From: Armatimonadota bacterium
Lineage (GTDB): Bacteria; Armatimonadota; DTGP01; DASXUI01
DNA length: 60,874 bases
Assembly (NCBI GenBank): GCA_036504955.1
Contig: DASXUI010000097.1
Span: 1-60,874 of the forward strand
Direction of reading: 5' to 3'
This document shows positions 8,606-16,584 of this stretch, piece by piece. The stretch's first letter is position 1, and each line of letters starts with the position of its first letter. The position numbers and the translations under genes are program-made. The notes beneath the pieces were generated by a model, which searched no databases, was not told where the DNA came from, and saw nothing but the letters and a program-made list of their open reading frames with translations.

Positions 8606-11305
8606 CTACCGCCCGGCGGACGGGCTCGGCGGGATTGGCACGAGAGTCAGCCACCGTAGCGATCCGTAGGTGTCAAGGGCCACGGTCAAGGGCCCTCCCT
8701 CGGTCCGCACTCGGACTTCCGCCACCGAACCACCTGGACTGGCCGCGATGCTGGTGGGCGAGCCCGCTCCACCCGTCACCACCACCTTGCCCTGGGAGCC
8801 CACGCTGAGGCCCACCCGCAGCCGGTAGTCGCCGCGCTTCACGGTGAAGCGGAACCCCTGACCCGCCGACACCTTGCAGGCGGAGCGATCCAGCACCCCC
8901 GATTCCCACGGCCGTTCGTCCGGTGCGGCAGGACCGGGCGAGAAGCCGTACCCCCGCTCCGGAGTGAAGGTGTCACCCGCCGCCACGGTGGTGTAGGGGC
9001 GCTCCTTGCCCGCGTACAGCGTCTCGCCCTCCACGGGAGAGCCGAACTTGTACAGGTAGGCGTCCTGCCGGGCAAGCCAAGCCCGACCGCGCTCCTGCAC
9101 GCGTTGGAAGGCCCTGGCCGCTGCCTCAAGCGACCGCGAACCCCTCGGGTCAGTGAACCCCTCAAGGTATCGCGGGAATGCGCTGAGCCCAAGCCCTCCG
9201 GACAACGACTGGCGGGAACGCCGCCCAAAGGCATCGGTGACCATCGCCGTCCCCTGCCCAAGGGTGATCCGTGCCGTGCCCTCGACGGTCCAGGCGGAGA
9301 GCAGAGGTCCCCTTGGCCCCTGCCACAGGTACAGCCGCACGTTCGGGTTGGGGTACGGCAACCGGAGGGCGCCGCCCTTCACACCCGAAAGCGCGCGAAT
9401 GAGGGTGGCGTAGGTCAGGAACGAAGGCTTGTAGGAGCCATCGTCGCGCAGGACCCCCGACGCGGCGTGCATGCTGGCCGTGGAGCCGCTCTCCCGGTAG
9501 ACGAAGACCTTATCCATCCCGTTCGCCAGGGCCAGCATCACGACGCGGGGAAGCCTCGCCGCCTGGGTCCTCTCGTCCGTGCCGAAGGGCCCGTCGCTGT
9601 CGTATCCCGTCTCGGACAGCCAGATGGGCATCCCAGGCTTCTCGCGGTCGCGCCACGCAACCAGCCTCCTGAACTCCTGCTCCACCGTCATGTCTGAGGT
9701 CTGCCGGGCGTTGAAGTCGTCCGTGGAGACTTCAGGGGCCACTCTGCCGCTGTAGAAGTGGACGTTCAGGATGTCCACGAAGTCCAGGGGACGCTTCCCA
9801 TCCGCGTATCGGTGCGCGGCCAGCTCGCCAACGGTCCTCACCTGGATGCCGGCGTACCCACCATTGGTGACGCGCGCGGTGGGGTCCGCCCGCTTCACGG
9901 CCTCGGAGCCCGCCCTCAGCAGATCGAGGTACTGGGCACTGGTGCCCACCCAAGGACCCCAGCCGGGATCAGTCAGGTTGGGCTCGTTCCAGATCTCGTA
10001 GGTGTCTACGTAGCCCAGGCCGCTCCGCCCGTCGCTCGTCTTCAGATCAGAGGCAGTCAGCCGCCGCGAGCCGTACCGAGCTGCGGCCTGGTAGGCGAAC
10101 TCCCCGAACATCCGGGGGTCCTTCGGAGGGTAGAAGGCGCGGCGGTCCTCCTTCACGTCGGCGGGCGCCCCAGAGGCGTAGCCCGTGTTCATGAACAGGA
10201 AGGGCAGCACGCTGATCCCCGCCTGGCGGTACTCACGGAAGATGCCATCCACATCCACCTGCCAGGGCTTCACGGACCCATCAAAGTGGTACTCCCCCTC
10301 CTTCGGTGAGACGAAGGGCCATTTGAGGTTCTCGAAGCGCACCCAGCCGACGCCAAGCCGCTTGAGCACGGGCGCCCAGGATCCACGGGCGGCGTTGATC
10401 CCAAACCTGGAGCCAGCGCCAGGGGAGGGCATAGGCAGCGGTGCCACCTTCACCTGCTGGTAGACCAGCTCCCGATGCTCGCCGGACTGAAACCGGACCG
10501 CCAGCAGGTAAAGCCCCGGCGAGAGGCCTTTGGCGGTCCTCAGTACCGCCGTCCCCGTGCCGCAAGCCGGAGCGACTAGGGCCAGCCGCCCAGCATCCAG
10601 TTGGGCGCCAACCTTGGGGAGCTCCCAGCTTAGCCCTTCCGTGCCGCAGTAGACGCTCAGGGTCCTGGGCATCCTGAACACGGGCACCTTCTCGCCGTCC
10701 TTGTGGTACCGGAGGCGTAGGTAGCGCGCCCGGACGGGGGCATCAAGGGGCAGCGCAAGGGTGCCCCACCTCGACTGCATGACGATCCCCTGGCACCCCG
10801 CGACCGGCCTGTATGCCCTCCCGTCGGCGCTCGCATCAAGGTCCGCCTTCCAGGCGTGGTTGGCGTCGCCCGCCAGGTAGGTGACGCGGCGCACCGTACG
10901 GGCGCGGCCGAGGTCCACGTACTGGAACGCCTCCGCGGTCCCCTCGTTGGTCCAGTCCGTGCCGGTCTCCGTGTAGTCCTTGCCGTCCGTCAGGGACCCG
11001 CGCTCTATGACCTTGCCCTGCCACTCGGTCCAGCTCCGGGCGCCCAGGGCCTGATCCCTGCCATATACGGGGTCCGGCGCCGACTGGCTGAACAGGTCGC
11101 TGTCGCTCTGAAGGGAGTAGGTCACCTGCCACGTCTCCGGACGCGGGCCGGGGTTGGGGATGGAGAGACGTGCCGCGAGGCGCTGCCCGGGCTCCAGCAG
11201 GTCGGGAACCTTCACCGACGCAGGCCGAGCCGGGGTGACAGCAAGCAAGCTCAGCAGCGCTATGGCCGCTGCCCAAGCCAACCTACCTCTGACGACCAGA
11301 CCCAT
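8606..11305 (-). CDS. secreted glycoside hydrolase (clan GH-A barrel, GH5/GH39-like) with discoidin-like N-terminal domain
   Basis: Catalytic-type motifs YEIWNEPN and WLSETGYD are present, with a discoidin-like block upstream (...VRRVTYLAGDANHAWKADLDAS..YLRLRYH). The start is set at ATG 11305, which has GGAGGGGGG 8 nt upstream and gives the signal peptide MGLVVRGRLAWAAAIALLSLLAVTPARPA. The 90-aa N-terminal extension in the track crosses the prophage junction. Confidence 0.75.
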   Translation of the reverse strand: MGLVVRGRLAWAAAIALLSLLAVTPARPASVKVPDLLEPGQRLAARLSIPNPGPRPETWQVTYSLQSDSDLFSQSAPDPVYGRDQALGARSWTEWQGKVIERGSLTDGKDYTETGTDWTNEGTAEAFQYVDLGRARTVRRVTYLAGDANHAWKADLDASADGRAYRPVAGCQGIVMQSRWGTLALPLDAPVRARYLRLRYHKDGEKVPVFRMPRTLSVYCGTEGLSWELPKVGAQLDAGRLALVAPACGTGTAVLRTAKGLSPGLYLLAVRFQSGEHRELVYQQVKVAPLPMPSPGAGSRFGINAARGSWAPVLKRLGVGWVRFENLKWPFVSPKEGEYHFDGSVKPWQVDVDGIFREYRQAGISVLPFLFMNTGYASGAPADVKEDRRAFYPPKDPRMFGEFAYQAAARYGSRRLTASDLKTSDGRSGLGYVDTYEIWNEPNLTDPGWGPWVGTSAQYLDLLRAGSEAVKRADPTARVTNGGYAGIQVRTVGELAAHRYADGKRPLDFVDILNVHFYSGRVAPEVSTDDFNARQTSDMTVEQEFRRLVAWRDREKPGMPIWLSETGYDSDGPFGTDERTQAARLPRVVMLALANGMDKVFVYRESGSTASMHAASGVLRDDGSYKPSFLTYATLIRALSGVKGGALRLPYPNPNVRLYLWQGPRGPLLSAWTVEGTARITLGQGTAMVTDAFGRRSRQSLSGGLGLSAFPRYLEGFTDPRGSRSLEAAARAFQRVQERGRAWLARQDAYLYKFGSPVEGETLYAGKERPYTTVAAGDTFTPERGYGFSPGPAAPDERPWESGVLDRSACKVSAGQGFRFTVKRGDYRLRVGLSVGSQGKVVVTGGAGSPTSIAASPGGSVAEVRVRTEGGPLTVALDTYGSLRWLTLVPIPPSPSAGR

Positions 11306-11463
11306 CCAGCCCCCCCTCCGTCTGCAAGCTTCGACGAGCTCGCGCGCCAAATGACCACTTTCCTCAACTATGCGTGAGCAGGCCAATGCCAACCCACTGA
11401 CAGACAACCGCCACGGATTGGACGCCACCGGGCGCTCACTATCCTTGGGTTCGGCGTCGGGCT

Positions 11464-11508
11464 CCCAGAAAGAGGAAGGGCCGGCCCCCAATGGAGGACC
11501 GGCCCTTC
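11464..11508 (-). terminator. rho-independent terminator, candidate original groEL terminator displaced by the prophage
   Basis: 10-bp GC stem GAAGGGCCGG (11475-84) / CCGGCCCTTC (11499-508) with a 14-nt loop, followed on the minus strand by CTCTTTCT. It lies 40 nt downstream of the left copy of the groEL-end 13-mer. Confidence 0.6.
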
Positions 11509-11547
11509 TCAGGCACTTCAGCAACACATCGCTCCCTAGCAGGGAGT

Positions 11548-11633
11548 TACATGTCGTAGTGTCCAGTATGGGCACTCCTGAGCGTGGATCTGGCGCCAGC
11601 CGGCCGGAATGTAGCTGTGCGTGTAGCTGTGCG
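11548..11633. other. attL (core 13-mer plus phage-side arm repeats)
   Basis: Core TACATGTCGTAGT at 11548-60. CCGGAATGTAGCTGT at 11604-18, with TGTAGCTGT repeated at 12-bp spacing (11610-18 and 11622-30), ends 16 nt before the int stop codon. Confidence 0.65.
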
Positions 11634-11648
11634 TTTCGGGACGCCCCG

Positions 11649-12755
11649 CTAGGCGCCCTTCAGGCCGAGGTACTGGCTCAGGTCCTCCAGGGCCTGTGCC
11701 TGCCGCTTCTGCAGCACCTCCACGTAGACCCGCTCCGTCACGGCGGTGCCGCTGTGGCCCAGGAGCCGACTCACCACCTCCATCGACTGGCCCGAGTCGA
11801 ACTGGAGGGTGGCGAAGGTCTTCCGGAGGTCGTGAAGCCGAACCTCCTTCGTCAGCCCCGCCGCCTCCCGCACCTGGCCCCACAGGCGCTCGATGCTGCT
11901 GTCCCCGAGCTGCTTCCCGCCGCGACCGGGGAAGAGGTAGCCCTCGTCGCTCCATGTGGGGTCGAAGCGTCGCTGGAGCTGCGCCAACTGGTGCGCTCTC
12001 AGCCGAGGCAGCAGGGACTCCGGAACCTGCAGGGTGCGCCGACTGGTGGCGCTCTTCGTGCCCTGCACCTCCAGGGCGCCGGTCGTGAGGTCGAGGTGCT
12101 GCCACTGGAGGCGGAGCAGCTCGCCGCGGCGCAGGCCCAGCAGCAGAGCCAGGATGAACAGGAGCCCCATCGGGTGCTCCTCGCAGACACCCAGGAGGGT
12201 GATGGCCTGCTCTCGCGTCAGCGCGACGTGCTCATAGGTCGCGCCTCGCGGTGTGTCGGCGCGGGAGGCCGCGTTGTAGGGCACCAGCGACAGCTTCACC
12301 GCTCGCCCCAGGGCGGCCCGGATGGTGGCCTTGATGAGCCGCAGGGTGTTGTCCGCCGCGCCACCCTGAGCCGCGTGCCTCAGCATCCGATCCACGTCCT
12401 GCGGCAGCACCTGGGCGAGGCGCTTCCGGCCCAGCGCCGGCAGGATGTGGACCCGGCACATCTGGTCATAGTTGCGCCAGGTGTCGGGCGCCCGCTCTCG
12501 CTTCACCACCTCCAACCACTCGGCCAGGAACTGCGCGAAGGGCTGCAGGGCGCCGGAGGTATCCACTCCCATCTGCAGGTCCTTCACCGCGTTGGAGAGC
12601 AGCCTCCGTGCCTCTGCCCTCGTGTTCCGCTTAGGCGGGCAGTACAGGACCCGGCGCTTACCCTCCAGGTCCCGATAGGAGGCGCAGTAGCGCCCGTCGC
12701 TGGCCCGCTGGTAAACACTCCCCTCCCCGTTGCCACGTCTTCCCGCCTTGCCCAT
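11649..12755 (-). CDS. int: tyrosine recombinase / phage integrase
   Basis: N-terminal GSVYQRASDGRY.. SAM-like arm-binding region. C-terminal catalytic region HDLRKTFATL...LLGHSGTAVTERVY (R..HxxR..Y). ATG 12755 has GGGAGG 4 nt upstream; the track starts 6 codons earlier at GTG 12773. Confidence 0.95.
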   Translation of the reverse strand: MGKAGRRGNGEGSVYQRASDGRYCASYRDLEGKRRVLYCPPKRNTRAEARRLLSNAVKDLQMGVDTSGALQPFAQFLAEWLEVVKRERAPDTWRNYDQMCRVHILPALGRKRLAQVLPQDVDRMLRHAAQGGAADNTLRLIKATIRAALGRAVKLSLVPYNAASRADTPRGATYEHVALTREQAITLLGVCEEHPMGLLFILALLLGLRRGELLRLQWQHLDLTTGALEVQGTKSATSRRTLQVPESLLPRLRAHQLAQLQRRFDPTWSDEGYLFPGRGGKQLGDSSIERLWGQVREAAGLTKEVRLHDLRKTFATLQFDSGQSMEVVSRLLGHSGTAVTERVYVEVLQKRQAQALEDLSQYLGLKGA

Positions 12756-12784
12756 CGCGCCTCCCAATCCCACCTTGGCGGGCG

Positions 12785-13055
12785 ATGGGAGGGCTCCTGC
12801 CGGGCCTTCACCCTGACGGAGACGCTGGTGGTGCTGGTCGCCCTCGCCCTCCTGCTGGCGCTGCTGCTGCCCTCCCTGCTGGGCTGCAAGCGGGCGGCGG
12901 AGGCGGTGGTGGCGCGCGAGAGCCAGCGGCAGGACGGGTTGGCGTACCTGGCGCGGGAGGGCGGGCGGTACTCGGGCGCCGGGTGGGCGTGGGAGCAGCG
13001 TGTGGAGGGGGACGCGGAGAGCACGGAGCCCTACGAGTGGCAGCCGTGCTGGTGA
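12785..13055 (+). pseudogene. prepilin-type N-terminal domain protein, 1-nt out of frame with its only ATG
   Basis: The frame ending at 13055 encodes ..CRAFTLTETLVVLVALALLLALLLPSLLGCKRAAEAVV.., a class III prepilin signal and hydrophobic helix, but has no ATG/GTG/TTG upstream. The ATG at 12785 is in the adjacent frame. Removing one base restores either MGGLLPG/FTLTE or MEGSCRA/FTLTE. Confidence 0.6.
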
Positions 13056-13067
13056 GGAGGTAGGGGG

Positions 13068-13388
13068 ATGATATTCGAGGCACTGAGCGAGGCTGCTGAT
13101 CGTGGCGAGCTGCTGCTAGTGGACGGCGGCATCTGCCACTACCACCTACGCCGGGATGGGCAGATCACCATCCGCGAGATACTGGTGCTGCCGGAGCGGC
13201 GCCACCAAGGCATCGGTACCGCGATGCTGGAGCACCTCCGGCAGGTACCTGGGGCCGTATGCATCAGGGCATGGATGCCCTCCGACCTGCCAGCGCGTCG
13301 CTGGTACGAGGAGCACGGGTTTGTGGAGAAGGACCGCAAGCGCTCAGGGGCAGGTAGGAGCCTCACGCTATGGCACCTCGACCTCTGA
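13068..13388 (+). CDS. small GNAT-family N-acetyltransferase
   Basis: 106 aa with GGAGG 6 nt upstream. GNAT motif A ILVLPERRHQGIGTAML plus WYEEHGF. Confidence 0.75.
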   Translation: MIFEALSEAADRGELLLVDGGICHYHLRRDGQITIREILVLPERRHQGIGTAMLEHLRQVPGAVCIRAWMPSDLPARRWYEEHGFVEKDRKRSGAGRSLTLWHLDL

Positions 13389-14035
13389 GGTTGATCTACT
13401 GCCACGGCGGCAACAGGGCGGCGGCGAGCGTTGCCCGGGAGTGCGGATGGGACGTTGGGTCAAGGAGCGACAAGGTGATCTATGACGAGGCCAGGCCGTT
13501 GGCGCTCCTTGACATCCACTGGACCCGATACGACTGGCGTTCCCACCTAGCAGTAGCTAGCGCAGAGCATCCCTGGATGGCTGCGGTTCCTGACCTTGAG
13601 TCCCACGCACACCTTCGCCAGTGTATGGAGCAGGCTGAGGATCTGGCCCCCCATTGCACGCGCCTGATGCTCATACCCAAGGCGTATGATGCCATCGACC
13701 TGATCCCGGAGGTGGTCGGGGGCACCTCAGTAGTGCTTGGCTACTCCGTGCCTACCACCTACGGCGGTACCAGTGTCCCTCTCTGGGAGTTCGGTCAACG
13801 CCCAGTGCATCTGCTTGGTGGATCCCCGAGGGCACAAAAGGCAGTCGCCAGATACCTGAATGTGGTCAGCCTGGACGGGAACATGGCGTGGAAGATCGCC
13901 AGTCGGTTCACTCGCTCCTATGCTGCGGATGGATCCCACGGAGGCCAGGATGGGCAATCTATCGAGTCGGGTGCGCCAATGGAGGCTTTGCGTAAGTCGC
14001 TGATGAACCTACGCGAGTTCTGGGCCACCCCATGA
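13370..14035 (+). CDS. hypothetical protein (uncharacterised, alternating beta/alpha pattern)
   Basis: 221-aa ORF overlapping the GNAT gene by 19 nt. I recognise no family. Conserved-looking blocks are LMLIPKAYD, VLGYSVPTTYGGT and PVHLLGGSP. Confidence 0.55.
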   Translation: MAPRPLRLIYCHGGNRAAASVARECGWDVGSRSDKVIYDEARPLALLDIHWTRYDWRSHLAVASAEHPWMAAVPDLESHAHLRQCMEQAEDLAPHCTRLMLIPKAYDAIDLIPEVVGGTSVVLGYSVPTTYGGTSVPLWEFGQRPVHLLGGSPRAQKAVARYLNVVSLDGNMAWKIASRFTRSYAADGSHGGQDGQSIESGAPMEALRKSLMNLREFWATP

Positions 14036-14337
14036 GGCGCTCCATCGGCGGTCGCTCCGCCCCGCCCAGCCCCGAGATGGCAGAGTCCGCGGCCCGCAGG
14101 CGCGTCGGCCGGATGGTGGACGCGCTGCTGGAGGACGGGGAGGAGGAGGCCCGCCGGTGGCTGCGGCAGGAGCGGAGGCGCGCCCAGAACGCCGCACGGC
14201 CCAGCGCCTACTGGCGGGCCTACGAGGATGCTACGGCGGAGGCGTGCGCGGAGGAACTGGCGAAGCTGGGAGGTAGTGAGAGGAGGGAGCGCGTGGCTAC
14301 GGGGCTACCGCTGTTCGAGGAGGCAGGAAGGAGATAG
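14032..14337 (+). CDS. hypothetical charged helical protein
   Basis: 101 aa with an ATGA start/stop overlap with the upstream gene. Confidence 0.45.
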   Translation: MRRSIGGRSAPPSPEMAESAARRRVGRMVDALLEDGEEEARRWLRQERRRAQNAARPSAYWRAYEDATAEACAEELAKLGGSERRERVATGLPLFEEAGRR

Positions 14338-14341
14338 GGGG

Positions 14342-14824
14342 ATGCTAGACGAGGTAACGCTAGGTGCGCGAGAGGCGGTACTGGACCGGCTGAGGGAGTT
14401 CTACTCCGAACAGATCGTGATGGCGATGGCCCAGGCCGCTAGCGGAGACGCTAGACGCGATGCGACGCCCTGGGAGCTCGCCCTACAACACAGGGAAGAG
14501 CTCTACATGAACCCTTGGCTCAGGGCGGAGTTCGCGGCCCTGGAGGGCATCACGCCACACCAGGTCAACACGCTCATGGCCTCTGAGCATCTCTATTCGG
14601 GGAGCCTCGAGATCAGCAGGGGCGAGCTCACGGCCACTCTTCACAGGAACACGACTCTGACGGAGGAGGGTCCCTGGTCCGTGTGGTGGCGCCGAGGCGC
14701 AGGAGCGGAGAGGGTGACGTGGCACTCCTCCCTAGAGGACGCCTGGCGGGCCGCCAGATCAGGACAGCCCCCAACACCCTCTAGCCCCCCACCACCAACC
14801 GCAGCACCGCCGCCACGTCCCTGA
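14342..14824 (+). CDS. hypothetical protein
   Basis: ATG 14342 is preceded by GGAAGGAG (the track ORF starts earlier at 14228). 160 aa with a Pro-rich tail. The 3' end overlaps the convergent dockerin gene by 44 nt. Confidence 0.45.
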   Translation: MLDEVTLGAREAVLDRLREFYSEQIVMAMAQAASGDARRDATPWELALQHREELYMNPWLRAEFAALEGITPHQVNTLMASEHLYSGSLEISRGELTATLHRNTTLTEEGPWSVWWRRGAGAERVTWHSSLEDAWRAARSGQPPTPSSPPPPTAAPPPRP

Positions 14825-15428
14825 CGTCCACCCGACCATCCCCGTTCACGTCCGCCGGGCCCGCGCCACAGGGGCTCGGCGGAACCCCTGTCACCAGGTA
14901 CAGCCCTATCGCCTGCGCGTCCGCCAGCGTCACCCGCCCGTCGCCGTTCATGTCTCCGACCTGACAACCTGGCACCCTCAACGCCACCGTCGGCAGCAGC
15001 CCCACGTCTCGGACCTCAGCCCCGTAGAGGTCCGTCATCACCACTGAGGCGGGCCGCACGGTGTAGCTGTGGCCCGGTGGCGCGTCGGCCGGCACCTGTA
15101 GGCGCAGGGTCAGCATCGGACCGCCGGACCCCTGGCCGGGGTAGCTGGCCAACGCCACGTGCAGCGGGTCGGCCGTGCCCTGGGCGCACTGCCAGCCGAC
15201 CCCTACCCCTACGGGCGACCAGGTCGGCGACGTCAGGGCGGGGATGCCGGGTGTGTCCGGGGTCACCGTAACCTGCAGCTCCAGGCCTGTGATGATGCAA
15301 TCCACCATGCCGGGCAGGCTGTAGGTCACCACGGCCGCTGAGCCGGGAGTGACAGCGGAGACGGTGGCGGTGATGGGCTTGGGTGCGAAGGACAGCGCTA
15401 GCAGCGCCACCAGGGGTGCCAGGTTCAT
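14781..15428 (-). CDS. secreted cohesin-like + dockerin (type I repeat) domain protein
   Basis: Signal peptide MNLAPLVALLALSFAPKP, then a beta-rich cohesin-like domain, then two EF-hand dockerin repeats GDMNGDGRVTLADAQ and DVNGDGRVDVRDVAAVLRLVVGG. Start/stop ATGA overlap with the sigma factor gene. Confidence 0.7.
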   Translation of the reverse strand: MNLAPLVALLALSFAPKPITATVSAVTPGSAAVVTYSLPGMVDCIITGLELQVTVTPDTPGIPALTSPTWSPVGVGVGWQCAQGTADPLHVALASYPGQGSGGPMLTLRLQVPADAPPGHSYTVRPASVVMTDLYGAEVRDVGLLPTVALRVPGCQVGDMNGDGRVTLADAQAIGLYLVTGVPPSPCGAGPADVNGDGRVDVRDVAAVLRLVVGG

Positions 15429-16042
15429 CGAAGGACCTCCTGTAACCGTATCCGGGCGCGCTTGCGGAGTCGCCAGGCCTGCTGCTCAGAGCAGCCGAGG
15501 CGCCGACCCGCCTCCGCCATCGTGTAGCCCTCGGCCGATAAGCTGCAGACGGCTCGTTCCGCGGGCGGGAGGCGCCCAAGCTCCGATCGGAGCACCACTA
15601 GTCGGGGAATGGGGATGCGGGTATCGGCAGGTTCGGAGAGGCGTTCCCCGCACTCGCTCACATAGGGGTCGTCCAGAGAGAGCACCTGGCGTAACGCCAA
15701 GGGGGTGCCCTCCGGGTCCGACCCGGAGTAGCGCTCCTGCACCCAGGCGGCGACGCGGACTAGGGAGCCGCGGTCCCGCAGGGCGTGCAGGATGGCGCCC
15801 TGGGCCTGCTTGTAGGCGAAGGTGAGGAACTGCGCGCGACGCTCTGGGTTGAAGGCCTGGATAGCCTGAAGGATGCCCAGGGCGCCCTCCTGGTAGAGGT
15901 CTTCGCTCGGCGTGCCGGTGCCCCCGTAGCGGTTCGAGAGCCGAGTAAGGAGGGGATGCAGCACCGACAGAACCGCCGCCTTGGCCTCCTGGTCGCCGGC
16001 CTGCGCCCGCAGCGCCAGGGCAGTCAGTGCCTCGGGGCGCAC
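15425..16042 (-). CDS. sigma-70 family RNA polymerase sigma factor (regions 2 and 4)
   Basis: Region 2 DLYQEGALGILQAIQAFNPERRAQFLTFAYKQAQGAILHALRD and region 4 HTH LPPAERAVCSLSAEGYTMAEAGRRLGCSEQQAWRLRKRA. I place the start at GTG 16042. The 397-aa track ORF's N-terminus is a shadow over the amidase gene. Confidence 0.8.
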   Translation of the reverse strand: MRPEALTALALRAQAGDQEAKAAVLSVLHPLLTRLSNRYGGTGTPSEDLYQEGALGILQAIQAFNPERRAQFLTFAYKQAQGAILHALRDRGSLVRVAAWVQERYSGSDPEGTPLALRQVLSLDDPYVSECGERLSEPADTRIPIPRLVVLRSELGRLPPAERAVCSLSAEGYTMAEAGRRLGCSEQQAWRLRKRARIRLQEVLR

Positions 16043-16584
16043 AGCAGGGGCCTCGCCCAGGGTTGGGCCAGCAGGACGGCGCCGCGAAGGTCCGAGCGGT
16101 CCAGGCTGTTGCCGGGACAGCTCTTGTGGGCCTCTGGGAAGTCCCGGTGGAAGTGAAGATGGCTGATCGGGAGCCCGTAGCGCTCCATCAGGCCGCCCAG
16201 CAGCCCCAGGGTGGCGTGCCGCTGGAGCCCCTCCAGCACGTCGTGCCCCCGGTCGAAGTTCCCCACCATGGACACGGCCACACAGTGCCGGTTGGCCTCC
16301 TGGTCGCTGTTGGCGTTCAGCACAGGCGCCAGGTCCACAAAGGGCGCGTAGATGACGCCTCCGGGACTGACCAGCAGGTGGTACCCAGGCGGGCGCTCCC
16401 AGCCCTCCCGCTGGCGCCGCTCCTCCCAGTAGGAGAGCATCCCCGAGACGCTCGGGTCGCCCTTCCACTGGGCATGGGTGGGCGCGGAGGTGTGGTGCAG
16501 CACCACGCCGTTGATGTGCCTCCCGCCGTCGTTCAGAGCGCGCAACGACGGCAGGAGGTCTTCGACCCGCAGCCAGCGGTTCAC
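16024..16584 (-). CDS. N-acetylmuramoyl-L-alanine amidase endolysin (amidase_2/PGRP, T7-lysozyme type)
   Basis: VVLHHTSAP and HFHRDFPEAHKSCPGNS zinc-ligand motifs. GTG 16584 overlaps the holin stop (GTGA). Confidence 0.85.
   Translation of the reverse strand: MNRWLRVEDLLPSLRALNDGGRHINGVVLHHTSAPTHAQWKGDPSVSGMLSYWEERRQREGWERPPGYHLLVSPGGVIYAPFVDLAPVLNANSDQEANRHCVAVSMVGNFDRGHDVLEGLQRHATLGLLGGLMERYGLPISHLHFHRDFPEAHKSCPGNSLDRSDLRGAVLLAQPWARPLLCAPRH

Noticed and set aside
11306-11575. N-terminal 90-aa extension of the glycosidase ORF (MPILDTTTCN...)
   Set aside because: The extension runs across the displaced terminator and the attL core. The internal ATG 11305 has a strong RBS and yields a proper signal peptide, so the extension is not coding.
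11440-11650. tRNA or tmRNA as the integration target, also checked at 56684..56781
   Set aside because: I could not fold a cloverleaf or find T-loop (GTTCRANNC) or acceptor features at either junction. The repeated core instead matches the groEL 3' end.
11370-13055. 561-aa plus-strand ORF spanning the whole integrase region
   Set aside because: It is an antisense shadow of the integrase gene, with Arg/Gly/Pro/Leu-rich composition and no motifs. Only its last ~90 codons (the prepilin-like segment downstream of the int start) look like real coding sequence.
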